DNA from: Candidatus Thorarchaeota archaeon
GTDB lineage: Archaea; Asgardarchaeota; Thorarchaeia; Thorarchaeales; Thorarchaeaceae
NCBI GenBank assembly: GCA_016933575.1
Contig: JAFGAR010000151.1
Location: forward strand, 32,001 to 96,000
Length of the DNA stretch: 64,000 nucleotides
Direction: 5' to 3'
In this document: positions 1 through 9,746 of the stretch, piece by piece
How the letters are laid out: each line of letters begins with the position of its first letter
Numbering within the stretch: position 1 is the first letter of the stretch
Notes under the pieces: generated by a model
What the model saw: only the letters and a program-made list of their open reading frames with translations
What the model was told of the DNA's origin: nothing
Databases searched by the model: none
Translations under genes and position numbers: made by a program

Positions 1-104
1 TGGAGACCGGTCTTGGAGTCACCTTGCATATCAACAAATATGATGGAAGACCTATGACACCCGGCTGGATCATTAACAAATTGAAGGAGGCTGGTTTGGT
101 ATGA
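1..104 (+). CDS. korA: 3' end of 2-oxoacid:ferredoxin oxidoreductase alpha subunit (partial)
   Basis: Frame from base 3 reads ETGLGVTLHINKYDGRPMTPGWIINKLKEAGLV*; KYDGRP is the typical KorA C-terminus; ATGA overlap with the beta subunit. Confidence 0.85.
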   Translation, partial: ETGLGVTLHINKYDGRPMTPGWIINKLKEAGLV

Positions 105-970
105 TTTCACCAGAAATTCTCGAAGGGCCTCAAAAAATCACGTGGTGTACCGGCTGTGGCAACTTCGGTATTCTAGCAGCTCTGAAGAAAGTAGTAACTG
201 AGCTGGATGAACCTTTGCACAATTATGTCTTGACATCAGGTATCGGATGTTCCGGTAAAATACCTCATTATATTGGAGGAATGAATAGCTACCATACTCT
301 CCATGGAAGACCAATTCCTATTGCCACAGGCATTCATTTGGCAAATACCGATTTGAAAGTGATAGTTCACACTGGCGATGGCGATTGCTTAGCAGAAGGT
401 CTCGGTCACTTTATACATGCTGCACGCCGGAATGTCAATATCTCTGTCTTCATTCATAACAATGGTGTTAATGGTCTTACCAAAGGGCAGTTCTCACCTT
501 CTTCCCCTAGGGGCTATGTATCAAAGACTTCACCGCCTCCACCAGGTTCTCCCATGGACCCAGTCAATCCAGCAGCACAGGCTATTACAGCAGGAGCAAC
601 CTTCGTTGCTCGTGGATTCTCTGGAGACCAAAAACAACTCGTCGATTTGATGAAGCAGGCAATTGATCATAAAGGATTTGCAGTGCTTGACATCCTGCAA
701 CCGTGTGTAACTTGGAATCGTCAGCTCACATGGAAATTCTACAATGAACATACCTACTCTCTCCAAGAGAATGGTCATGATATAACAGACAAGTCACAAG
801 CTCTTGAAAAGGCGATGGAGAATGGTGACCGTTATCCAATTGGTGTCTTCTATCAAGTCGAAAAAATCGACTTGGCATCAGGACTTGCAATGCCTAGCAT
901 AGGCGTTCTCAAGGACCACACAACCAATCTGAAAGATGTTCAACAGATAATTGATGATATGATGTTGTAG
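101..970 (+). CDS. korB: 2-oxoacid:ferredoxin oxidoreductase beta subunit
   Basis: TWCTGCGNFGIL, SGIGCS, HTLHGR, TPP-binding GDGD...NN, GLTKGQFSP, LQPCVTWN. Confidence 0.93.
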   Translation: MISPEILEGPQKITWCTGCGNFGILAALKKVVTELDEPLHNYVLTSGIGCSGKIPHYIGGMNSYHTLHGRPIPIATGIHLANTDLKVIVHTGDGDCLAEGLGHFIHAARRNVNISVFIHNNGVNGLTKGQFSPSSPRGYVSKTSPPPPGSPMDPVNPAAQAITAGATFVARGFSGDQKQLVDLMKQAIDHKGFAVLDILQPCVTWNRQLTWKFYNEHTYSLQENGHDITDKSQALEKAMENGDRYPIGVFYQVEKIDLASGLAMPSIGVLKDHTTNLKDVQQIIDDMML

Positions 971-1000
971 AGATTAGTCAATCCAACTCAGCAGTAAGAG

Positions 1001-2398
1001 ATGATTCGGATGGCAAAGACAAGGAGAGAGAAGGACTCCATTGGAGAATTGGATGTTCCTCTCGATGTATATTGGGGAATCAACACGCAGAGAGCAATTA
1101 TGAACTTCAAAATCAGTGGACGAACGTTTCCAAGAGAGTTCATCATCGCTCTTGTGCAGGTAAAACGCGCCTGTTTGACAGCAAATATTGCTGCCAAGAA
1201 GGTAGACAAGAAACTTGGTATCGCTATTGGTACTGCAATAGACGAGATACTGAATGAAGGAAAATATTTGGACCAATTTCCAATTGATATCTTCCAGACT
1301 GGTTCTGGAACTCAAACGAATGTCAATATGAATGAAGTGCTAAGTAATAGAGCAAATGAGATTCTAGGAGAACCTCGTGGAACCAAGTCTCCTGTTCATC
1401 CCAATGATGCTGTCAATGCCTCACAATCATCAAATGACGTGATTCCAACTGCAATGTGTATCTCTGCCCTAAATGTAATTCATGACTCGCTCTTGGGACC
1501 AATAGAGCGGCTCAGGAGAGCCCTGAATGCAAAAATCAAGGAATTCCAAAATGTAGTCAAGGTAGGAAGAACCCATCTCCAAGATGCAGTGCCTATCAAG
1601 CTGTCAACAGAATTTTCAGTATACAAGGCTCAGTTAGAGACTTTTGTTTCCAATGATCTTAGACCTGCAATGGAGACTCTCTCTGTCTTACCGATTGGAG
1701 GCACTGCTTTAGGTACAGGGCTTAATACGCCTAAAGGATATGCTGAGCAAGTTGTACGAGAGCTATGCAAAATCACAGGTCTTAATCTCGTAAGCAACCC
1801 AGTGAAAGCTGAAGGTATTGCATCTCATAGCGCTATAGTCAGAGCAAGCACAGCCCTACGGATTCTTGCTCTTGCTTGCATGAAGATGGCAAATGATATT
1901 CGATGGATGGGTAGTGGCCCTCGGGCTGGGCTTAGCGAACTCATTCTTCCTGAAAATGAACCTGGATCGTCTATTATGCCTGGAAAAGTAAATCCAACCC
2001 AGTCAGAAGCTCTCATTCAGGTCTGTTTACAGGTAATCGGGAATGATGCAACAATTGCAGCAGCAGAAGGTTTTGGAAGCATCCTAGATCTCAATGTATG
2101 TAAACCGGTAATGATTGTGAATCTCTTAGATTCAATAAAGATCCTTGGCGGAGGTATTGATTCTTTCACACAACACTGTATCAAGGGGCTCAAGGTTAAT
2201 CACCAGCACATTGCTAAACAATTGGAACGAAGTCTAATGCTAGTAACAAAACTCTCCCCAATCATTGGATATGATCGAGCATCTGCTGTTGCAAAACGTG
2301 CACATTCTGAGAATAAGACAATAAAGGAAGTCGTCATTGAAGAAGGCATTGAGATTGATAATCTAGATGAACTGCTGGACCCGTCCACAATGGTCTAG
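1001..2398 (+). CDS. fumC: Class II fumarate hydratase
   Basis: FQTGSGTQTNVN, SQSSNDVIPTAM, KVGRTHLQDA, signature GSSIMPGKVNPTQ. Confidence 0.93.
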   Translation: MIRMAKTRREKDSIGELDVPLDVYWGINTQRAIMNFKISGRTFPREFIIALVQVKRACLTANIAAKKVDKKLGIAIGTAIDEILNEGKYLDQFPIDIFQTGSGTQTNVNMNEVLSNRANEILGEPRGTKSPVHPNDAVNASQSSNDVIPTAMCISALNVIHDSLLGPIERLRRALNAKIKEFQNVVKVGRTHLQDAVPIKLSTEFSVYKAQLETFVSNDLRPAMETLSVLPIGGTALGTGLNTPKGYAEQVVRELCKITGLNLVSNPVKAEGIASHSAIVRASTALRILALACMKMANDIRWMGSGPRAGLSELILPENEPGSSIMPGKVNPTQSEALIQVCLQVIGNDATIAAAEGFGSILDLNVCKPVMIVNLLDSIKILGGGIDSFTQHCIKGLKVNHQHIAKQLERSLMLVTKLSPIIGYDRASAVAKRAHSENKTIKEVVIEEGIEIDNLDELLDPSTMV

Positions 2399-2434
2399 GG
2401 AACAGAATATAACCAAAGAAAACAATAGAAAGAA

Positions 2435-4132
2435 TTGAGGTGGCTTACGATTAATCTTAAGAAACATGATGTACTCATTGTTGGCGCTGGCCTCTCTGGA
2501 CTTAGAGTAGCTATCGAGCTGGCTGGTGACTTTGATGTAGCTGTCCTCACTAAGGTACATCCACTACGCTCTCATTCTGTTGCTGCACAGGGCGGCATCA
2601 ATGCTGCACTCGGTGCTGATGATTCCTATGAACAACATGCTTTTGATACTGTGAAAGGATCGGATTATCTTGCTGACCAGGATGCTGTCGAGCTACTGAC
2701 CCAAGCAGCACCTCGTGCAGTGATTGAAAATGAAAGGTGGGGAACTGCATTCTCACGGACCGAAGACGGTAGGATTGCTCAACGACCCTTTGGAGGTGCT
2801 ATGTATCCACGAACATGCTACGCAGCAGATCGGACAGGTCATAATCTACTTCACACGACTTTTGAACAGGCACTGCGGGTTGGTGTTAAATTCTACAATG
2901 AGTGGTTTGTCACTTCACTAGTTAGAGCTGGTGAGGCTGTCTGTGGATTGACTGCTTTGGATATTGCTACTGGTGAGATACATGGTTTTGTTGGAAAGAC
3001 TGTCGTTATTGCCACAGGTGGATTTGGACGCGTCTATAGTCATTCTACTAATGCATTGATTAACACAGGCGATGGATGTGCCCTTGCATTTCGTATTGGC
3101 ACTCCACTCAAGGACATGGAATTTGTCCAGTTCCATCCAACAACACTCTATGGCTCAAGCATCCTGATGAGTGAAGGAGCGCGCGGAGAGGGTGGATATC
3201 TTGTGAACTCCCAGGGTGAGCGATTTATGCAAAAGTATGCCCCAGAGAAGATGGAACTTGCCCCACGTGATATCGTTGCACGAGCAATTAAGACGGAGAT
3301 TAATGAAGGTCGGGGAATTAATGATGAATATGTCCACCTTGATCTTCGACATCTAGGAAGAGAGAAGATACTTGAACGTCTGCCTGGTATTAGAGAGATA
3401 GCAATGTATTTTGCAGGTGTTGATCCAATTGATGAGCCAATTCCAATACGACCTGGCCAACACTATTCAATGGGCGGCATTCATTGCAACAAGTATGGCA
3501 TGACTCCCATAACAGGTCTTTTTGCAGTGGGAGAAACTGCATGTATGAGTGTACATGGTGCAAATCGATTAGGCGGAAATTCATTGCTTGAAACCTTAGT
3601 ATTTGGGAGATTGGTTGGCCAGAAGGTAGCTGAGACATTGCCTACACTGCAAGAACCTGACAGTACCTGTGTTGATTCTGAGGCATTCAACATGAGAGAA
3701 CGGCTGCAGTTGCTCATGTTAAAGGAGACCGGTGAATCCTATTCCGAGATTCGCGAAGTGTTAGGAACCACTATGGATAATCTCGTTGGTGTATTTCGTA
3801 AGGAAGAAGATCTTACTGCTGCCTTGAAGATGATACGTGAGTTGAAGGCGCGATTCAAGAATGTCTATGGCGGTCCTACTGACAAGGCATTCAATTATTC
3901 ACTAATCCGCCTCCTTGAACTCGAAAATATGCTTGACCTCGCAGAAGTAATAACCATGGGTGCGCTCATGCGGCGGGAAAGTCGTGGGGCTCATTGGCGA
4001 CTTGACTATCCAGAACGTGATGATACCAACTTTCTGAAGCATTCTCTCTTTACAAAAATTAAGGATTATGTCAAGACAGAATTCATACCAGTTAATCTAG
4101 GAATCTTCGAGGTGAAGGAGAGAACCTACTAA
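2435..4132 (+). CDS. sdhA: Succinate dehydrogenase/fumarate reductase flavoprotein subunit
   Basis: GAGLSG FAD motif, RSHSVAAQGG (covalent-FAD His), QFHPT, SEGARGEGG, HYSMGG, HGANRLGGNSL. Confidence 0.95.
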   Translation: MRWLTINLKKHDVLIVGAGLSGLRVAIELAGDFDVAVLTKVHPLRSHSVAAQGGINAALGADDSYEQHAFDTVKGSDYLADQDAVELLTQAAPRAVIENERWGTAFSRTEDGRIAQRPFGGAMYPRTCYAADRTGHNLLHTTFEQALRVGVKFYNEWFVTSLVRAGEAVCGLTALDIATGEIHGFVGKTVVIATGGFGRVYSHSTNALINTGDGCALAFRIGTPLKDMEFVQFHPTTLYGSSILMSEGARGEGGYLVNSQGERFMQKYAPEKMELAPRDIVARAIKTEINEGRGINDEYVHLDLRHLGREKILERLPGIREIAMYFAGVDPIDEPIPIRPGQHYSMGGIHCNKYGMTPITGLFAVGETACMSVHGANRLGGNSLLETLVFGRLVGQKVAETLPTLQEPDSTCVDSEAFNMRERLQLLMLKETGESYSEIREVLGTTMDNLVGVFRKEEDLTAALKMIRELKARFKNVYGGPTDKAFNYSLIRLLELENMLDLAEVITMGALMRRESRGAHWRLDYPERDDTNFLKHSLFTKIKDYVKTEFIPVNLGIFEVKERTY

Positions 4133-4863
4133 TGAAACTAAGAATAGCACGTAGTAGAATGGGCGGGAAAATCAGTCATTACGACCTTTACAAGATCGAT
4201 GTAAAGAAAGGTATGACCATCCTCGATGCTCTGTTTCAGATACAGGATAAGATGGACCCATCCCTGTCTTTCAGATATTCATGCAGAGGTGCCGTCTGCG
4301 GCAGTTGTTCCATGTTAATCAATAAGGTGCCGCGTCTTGCCTGCAGGACTCAAGTAAAGGAGGTCCAGAAGGATGGGATTGACCTGAAACCATTTCCTGC
4401 CCTTACAAACATACCCACTGGTTGGAATCCTGAGGAAGAAATACTAATCGAGCCTTTGCCCAATATGTCCATTATGAAGGATCTCGTCGTTGATATGAGA
4501 AAATTCTATCGAGCTCTTGAGACCATGAAGCTATGGGTAGAGCCTCAGGAAGGCGAGACTGCTCAAGTACAAACCCCTTCAGATAGACGAAGAATCGATC
4601 GTTATGTGAATTGCATCCTCTGTGCTATCTGTTTTGGCTCATGCCCAGTAAACGCTCAAGAGCCTGAATATATTGGTCCTGCTGCCCTAGCTAAGGCTTG
4701 GCGTTTCGCAGAGGACAACCGTGTCAAGAATCCTGAGCGTTACATTGATGCTGCAAGCGTTCTGAATGGAGTTCCACTCTGTGACCTTGTTATGAATTGC
4801 GTGAAAGTATGCCCAAAAGGTGTAGCGCCTGGAGGTGCAATTCGAAGGATCAAGAACATCTAA
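4132..4863 (+). CDS. sdhB: Succinate dehydrogenase/fumarate reductase iron-sulfur subunit
   Basis: CRGAVCGSC...C (2Fe-2S), CILCAICFGSCP, CDLVMNCVKVCP; start overlaps the sdhA stop. Confidence 0.93.
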   Translation: MKLRIARSRMGGKISHYDLYKIDVKKGMTILDALFQIQDKMDPSLSFRYSCRGAVCGSCSMLINKVPRLACRTQVKEVQKDGIDLKPFPALTNIPTGWNPEEEILIEPLPNMSIMKDLVVDMRKFYRALETMKLWVEPQEGETAQVQTPSDRRRIDRYVNCILCAICFGSCPVNAQEPEYIGPAALAKAWRFAEDNRVKNPERYIDAASVLNGVPLCDLVMNCVKVCPKGVAPGGAIRRIKNI

Positions 4864-4991
4864 GATCATCCTTTGAAATATGACAGAATGAGTAATCTCT
4901 CAATTTCGATGTGCAAGATTTCTCTCAACGTATATATTATATCGTAATGTGTACTCTCTGAATATATCAGCAACGTGGAGAGGAGCCTTCA

Positions 4992-6086
4992 GTGAGTATC
5001 CAGGAAGATAAGAGAGTCATAAAACCCAGCAAGATGTCAGAGCGATATGCTCGGTGGTTTGGTACAAGGGTTCCCTCAACATCTTTGATGTTCAGATGTG
5101 TTGTGATATTTTTCCTGTCAATACTCTGGTCTCTTGCAATCATTTTCCTATTTCCTCTCCTCTTAGCGAATATCATGATTGTCTTCCTGATCTCTTTGGC
5201 TCTGGGTTTTGCGATTTACATTCTCTTTCTTTCACTTATCCGCAGCAGATTGCAGTCTACTATAGTCTATCAGGGATTCACTGAGATTGTTGAATCGTGC
5301 CATGAACGGATTGGAAGCTATGGAACTGTTGAAGTATGGATTCGTCCAAGTAATGAAGCATATATCACTTCTACTTACAACTTGCTCTTTGAAGCAGTTA
5401 TTGTATCTGATAAGATGGTCGAGCTAATTCTTGCTATGCCTCAAAGTGGTGAAGCAATGCTTGGATATCACCTGCTTAGAATGCCTAAAAGTAAGCCGGT
5501 ATTCGATATTCTCGCAGGCGCGCTAACGTTTGGTGTTTCTTCAGCTCTCATAGTGTATTTTCTAGGAAGTCTGTCCACTTTCTACTATCCTTATGGTTAC
5601 CTCACCTATGCGTTACTGATTGGAGGTGCACTACCAATACTATTCATTATTCCTGTAGGAGCTTTACTTGCGTTAAGAGGAGCCTTCTGGACTCATGAGT
5701 CAGCATTTGAGCGCGCTCAGGGAATGTATAAAACACATCCTCAGGTAGCAAAAGACGAAGTTCTGTCTAGCCGGAAACTCGATGAAGATACTGAAAAGGC
5801 TACAGTATGGATGGTGAAACAATGGGAGACAGGGAAAAGGTCAGGTCGTCGATCTAGTGTCTCTATTCTAACCCTGTTATGTACGTTCATGCCATCTTTC
5901 TATATTCTATCTCTAATGGGTTGGCCATATGGATATTTGCCACCAAACATACTTTTCTTCCTCATAGGGTACCCCTTTGTCTTAGCTATAGTATTTTTTA
6001 TAGTCCTTAGAACTTGGGATAAAAAATGCATGGGTGAACTCTATTATGAAACTACACAAGCTCATGAGCCAGTCTGGGTTGACTGA
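4992..6086 (+). CDS. Multi-pass membrane protein, possibly a degenerate M48/HtpX-like fold
   Basis: 364 aa, about 6 hydrophobic segments, GGAGAGGAG upstream of the GTG start. Confidence 0.65.
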   Translation: MSIQEDKRVIKPSKMSERYARWFGTRVPSTSLMFRCVVIFFLSILWSLAIIFLFPLLLANIMIVFLISLALGFAIYILFLSLIRSRLQSTIVYQGFTEIVESCHERIGSYGTVEVWIRPSNEAYITSTYNLLFEAVIVSDKMVELILAMPQSGEAMLGYHLLRMPKSKPVFDILAGALTFGVSSALIVYFLGSLSTFYYPYGYLTYALLIGGALPILFIIPVGALLALRGAFWTHESAFERAQGMYKTHPQVAKDEVLSSRKLDEDTEKATVWMVKQWETGKRSGRRSSVSILTLLCTFMPSFYILSLMGWPYGYLPPNILFFLIGYPFVLAIVFFIVLRTWDKKCMGELYYETTQAHEPVWVD

Positions 6087-6097
6087 TTGCGAACCTT

Positions 6098-6316
6098 TCA
6101 AGCTCCACCATATTGGCGCAATCTTGCCATGGTTTCTGCATAGTCCTCAGATTCACCATCAAAGAAAGCTGCATCATATGCTTTGGATTGGAAGAGCTTC
6201 TCACCTTTGGACACTTCAACATCAGATCTAGGTCGTCCATACAATCCTCCCAATCGTGCAAGAGTGTAAAGTATGACTAGTCCCCAGAATACTATCATGA
6301 TCAATATCTCAATCAC
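6098..6316 (-). CDS. Small single-TM protein, paralog of 21802..22026
   Basis: N-terminal TM; EKLFxSK and FFDGESEDYA shared with the paralog; GGAGGT SD upstream. Confidence 0.8.
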   Translation of the reverse strand: MIEILIMIVFWGLVILYTLARLGGLYGRPRSDVEVSKGEKLFQSKAYDAAFFDGESEDYAETMARLRQYGGA

Positions 6317-6421
6317 TATGGAACCTCCAGCTAGTTTCCAAGTATATCTTGTCGTTTAAGCCTTATACACATTTGTATCTCGATATCCATTATAGTTCTA
6401 CTGCAGCTAATTAGATTGTTA

Positions 6422-7459
6422 TCATCTGGGCGTTATAGTCAAGAATTTCCCTGTCATCTCAAGTTTTTCAATTCTCTCTTTAGCAACTTCAATTGCAGAA
6501 GCAGACAGATCACATAGTATCCACCGTCGTCTTAAGGATGCTGCAGCAATTGCTGTTGTTCCAGATCCTGCAAAGAAATCACCAACTAGATCACCGGACT
6601 CAGAGGCTGATTGAATGATACGTTCGAGGAGTGCCACTGGTTTCTGTGTAAGAAAACCTGTGTATTCTTTGGATTTTCCCTGAACAGGTGCAATATCAAA
6701 CCAAAGATCTGACACTGGAATTCCTAGAGTATCATCAAGGTACTGTTTCTTTGTGTATCTCCCATTGCGGCTTCTATAGATGAGATCTTCTCTCCACCAT
6801 TTCTCCAATGTTTCTTTTCTATAGAGATATGGTGCTGTTCTCCCTCTCCATTCAAACTGTTTTCTATTCTCACTTCTCTGAATACCCTGTGCTTCAATCT
6901 CTATAAGTCTGAATCTCCCACGATCATCTTTGTAGCTATATGGTCGCTTTGATCTTTCATCATGTTTTCTATATACTGAATTCGTCTGGAATTTTTCAGA
7001 ATCAAGTGCATAGAGAAGTATCACATCATGTTGTGCTCCAAATCCTTTACTCTGGGTCTTTGGACTATTCGTGCGTGTCCATACAATCTCATTCACAAAA
7101 TTCTCGTAACCAAATATTCCATCTAGTAAGACCTTTACATAATGTGATACATGCCAGTCAAGATGAACCCAGAGACTACCATTCTCTGTTAACAGGTCCT
7201 TCATTACTGTCAATCTAGGTCTCATAAACTCCAGATACTCATCTATACTTGCCCACTTGTCGTTATACGTTTCAATATCCGAAACAATGGCTGAACTCTC
7301 AGCATCTCCATCAACCCTTGTCTTCTTCGTGTAGATTGTTCCTGATAGAAACGGTGGGTCTATGTAGATTTGGCGGAACTCACCCCTCAGGTCCATTAGC
7401 TCTTCCTGTATGAGTGTAAGGCAATCACAGTTGTAAAGTCGATTCTGCCATCTCCGCAT
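6422..7459 (-). CDS. Site-specific N6-adenine/N4-cytosine DNA methyltransferase (beta class)
   Basis: Catalytic IDPPF precedes SAM-binding DFFAGSGTT; also NEIVW and TQKPVALLERII. Confidence 0.9.
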   Translation of the reverse strand: MRRWQNRLYNCDCLTLIQEELMDLRGEFRQIYIDPPFLSGTIYTKKTRVDGDAESSAIVSDIETYNDKWASIDEYLEFMRPRLTVMKDLLTENGSLWVHLDWHVSHYVKVLLDGIFGYENFVNEIVWTRTNSPKTQSKGFGAQHDVILLYALDSEKFQTNSVYRKHDERSKRPYSYKDDRGRFRLIEIEAQGIQRSENRKQFEWRGRTAPYLYRKETLEKWWREDLIYRSRNGRYTKKQYLDDTLGIPVSDLWFDIAPVQGKSKEYTGFLTQKPVALLERIIQSASESGDLVGDFFAGSGTTAIAAASLRRRWILCDLSASAIEVAKERIEKLEMTGKFLTITPR

Positions 7460-7575
7460 GTGATATACTCAACCATTGTCCCTTATGTTTTCTTTCTAAT
7501 AGGTTCGGATTCAATGGTCTCTAATCTGACATCCACTCTATGGACAACAAAATTTGCAAAACATGAGCAGACCAC

Positions 7576-7821
7576 TCACATTTCCATATCTTCGACTTCT
7601 TCACCTGGTTCTGCTGCTTCAGCAGCATCACGAGCATAGCCAATCTTGATCAGACCAACAAGATAGCCTGCAATCCTGTTACGAATCTTTTTCGAATTGA
7701 CGTCAGTGAACTGTTCGACTAGACGCTTATTGGTCTCAAAATCATCTGTAAAAGTATCTGGATAGAGTGCTAGTAGGTTCCTAGCCGCATTCTTTATGTA
7801 TCCTGGTCGTATACTACCCAA
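7576..7821 (-). CDS. rps17e: 30S ribosomal protein S17e
   Basis: GSIRPGYIK...FTDDFETNK...SKKIRNRIAGY; acidic C-terminal extension. Confidence 0.95.
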   Translation of the reverse strand: MGSIRPGYIKNAARNLLALYPDTFTDDFETNKRLVEQFTDVNSKKIRNRIAGYLVGLIKIGYARDAAEAAEPGEEVEDMEM

Positions 7822-7887
7822 TTCTAGCTCACCAAGTTCAATCTATGGATGGAGCAGTGCTCTTGGCTGTGTTTATAAAGCATACTA

Positions 7888-9678
7888 TTGGCCACTAATA
7901 TTGGGAGTTGCAAAACCATGCATTATCAGCAACTAGCTCAAGCTTACGATGAAATCGAAAAGATTTCTGGGAATCTGGAGAAGATACGTATCTTTGCAGA
8001 TTTACTAAAAGAAGCAACTCCATCGGAAGTTGATTGTATCATTGCACTTACAATGGGAAAGCTTCATCCAGATTGGAAAGGTGAACCAGAGCTTGGTGTT
8101 GCTGAAAAGATGGCGATTCAAGTTGTTGCGGCAGCAGCATCAATCCCAGAGAGTTCCGTAACAGATACTCTTCGGAAAACAGGAGATATTGGGAGTACTG
8201 CTGAAGAGCTTCTTCAAGAGAGTGCGCAGGCTACATTATTCACTGAGGACCTGACAATCTCAATGGTCTACAATACCCTTGATAATGTTGCAAGAATAAG
8301 TGGCTCTGGAAGTAATAAGGAAAAGATTGCTAAACTCGTCAGCATACTCACGGATGCTCAGCCAATTGAGGCTCGTTATATTCTACGAACAGTAACCGGC
8401 TCCTTACGATTAGGACTTGGCGATATGAGTATAATCGATGCTCTCTCATTAGCCTATACTGGTGATCGAGAGGCACGTAGTGATATCGAGAATGCTTTCA
8501 ATGTCTGTAGTGATCTTCGAAAAGTTGCGCGTGTCCTTGCAGAGAACGGAATCAACAGTGTCAAGAAAATCCATACTGAAGTGGGTGTTCCCATAAGAAT
8601 GATGGCAGCAAAGAAACTCTCTGATGCAACTGAGATACTGGAAAAGGTTGGCAAGAGAGCTCTTGTGGAATACAAATATGATGGAGAACGAATTCAGGCA
8701 CATAAAAACGGCAATGATATCACTCTATACTCTCGTAGACAAGAAATCATCACAGACCAGTATCCTGATGTTGTTGAGCTCATGAAGAATCACATCAAGG
8801 CCAAATCATGTGTCCTCGAAGGGGAGTGCGTGGCTATAGATCCTGAAACTGGAAAGACACGTCCTTTTCAGGAACTCATGAGGCGTAGAAGAAAGACTGA
8901 CATCAAGAAAATGCAGGAAGAGGTCCCAATTGCTCTTTACATCTTTGACATTCTGTACCTGAATGGAAAAGACGTGACAGAATTACCGATGTTAGAACGC
9001 CGCAAATTAATGGAGGAAACAGTTGAAATCAATGATAGAGTCAATTTGACCACAGCTGAATTGACGGAAGATCCAGATCGTCTGTACGAGATCTTCAAAG
9101 ATGCAATTGGATCGGGTTATGAAGGAGTTATTGCAAAAGCTGTTCATAAGGATTCAAAATACCAAGCTGGTGCAAGAAGCTGGTTGTGGATCAAACTCAA
9201 AGCATCATATACAGAAGGTCTCGCTGACTCTGCAGATCTCGTCATAGTTGGAGCACTCTATGGTCGTGGTAAGAGGACAGGTCTCTATGGTGCTATACTT
9301 GCATCTGCTTATGATGATATGACTGATACATATCCAACAGTCTGTAAAATTGGCACTGGATTTACTGAAGACATGCTAGCTGAATTCAAGGAGCGCCTTG
9401 AGGAACACATAGTAGAGATCAAGAATCCTAAGGTAATATCTGATATTGAGGCAGATGTCTGGTTCGAACCTGTTGAGGTCATAGAGGTATTAGGTGATGA
9501 GATTACAGTAAGTCCCACTCATCCAGCAGGACGTAATCGTATGAAGGTTGAAGGTGGACTGGCAATTCGATTTCCCCGGTTTACCGGAAAATGGCGTGAC
9601 GATAAGAATCCCACTCAGGCAACAACTGTTGACGACCTTATAGAGGCATTTGAACGGCAACGAGGCATCAACCAATAG
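7888..9678 (+). CDS. lig: ATP-dependent DNA ligase (probable start ATG 7918)
   Basis: EYKYDGER adenylation motif, FDILY, EGVIAK, WIKLK, AIRFPRF. Confidence 0.96.
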   Translation: MATNIGSCKTMHYQQLAQAYDEIEKISGNLEKIRIFADLLKEATPSEVDCIIALTMGKLHPDWKGEPELGVAEKMAIQVVAAAASIPESSVTDTLRKTGDIGSTAEELLQESAQATLFTEDLTISMVYNTLDNVARISGSGSNKEKIAKLVSILTDAQPIEARYILRTVTGSLRLGLGDMSIIDALSLAYTGDREARSDIENAFNVCSDLRKVARVLAENGINSVKKIHTEVGVPIRMMAAKKLSDATEILEKVGKRALVEYKYDGERIQAHKNGNDITLYSRRQEIITDQYPDVVELMKNHIKAKSCVLEGECVAIDPETGKTRPFQELMRRRRKTDIKKMQEEVPIALYIFDILYLNGKDVTELPMLERRKLMEETVEINDRVNLTTAELTEDPDRLYEIFKDAIGSGYEGVIAKAVHKDSKYQAGARSWLWIKLKASYTEGLADSADLVIVGALYGRGKRTGLYGAILASAYDDMTDTYPTVCKIGTGFTEDMLAEFKERLEEHIVEIKNPKVISDIEADVWFEPVEVIEVLGDEITVSPTHPAGRNRMKVEGGLAIRFPRFTGKWRDDKNPTQATTVDDLIEAFERQRGINQ

Positions 9679-9746
9679 ATATTGAGCTTCCGACAGTTTT
9701 ACATGCAACTTTCGCGCTAGCTCCACTAGCATCTGGAGGTATTTCG

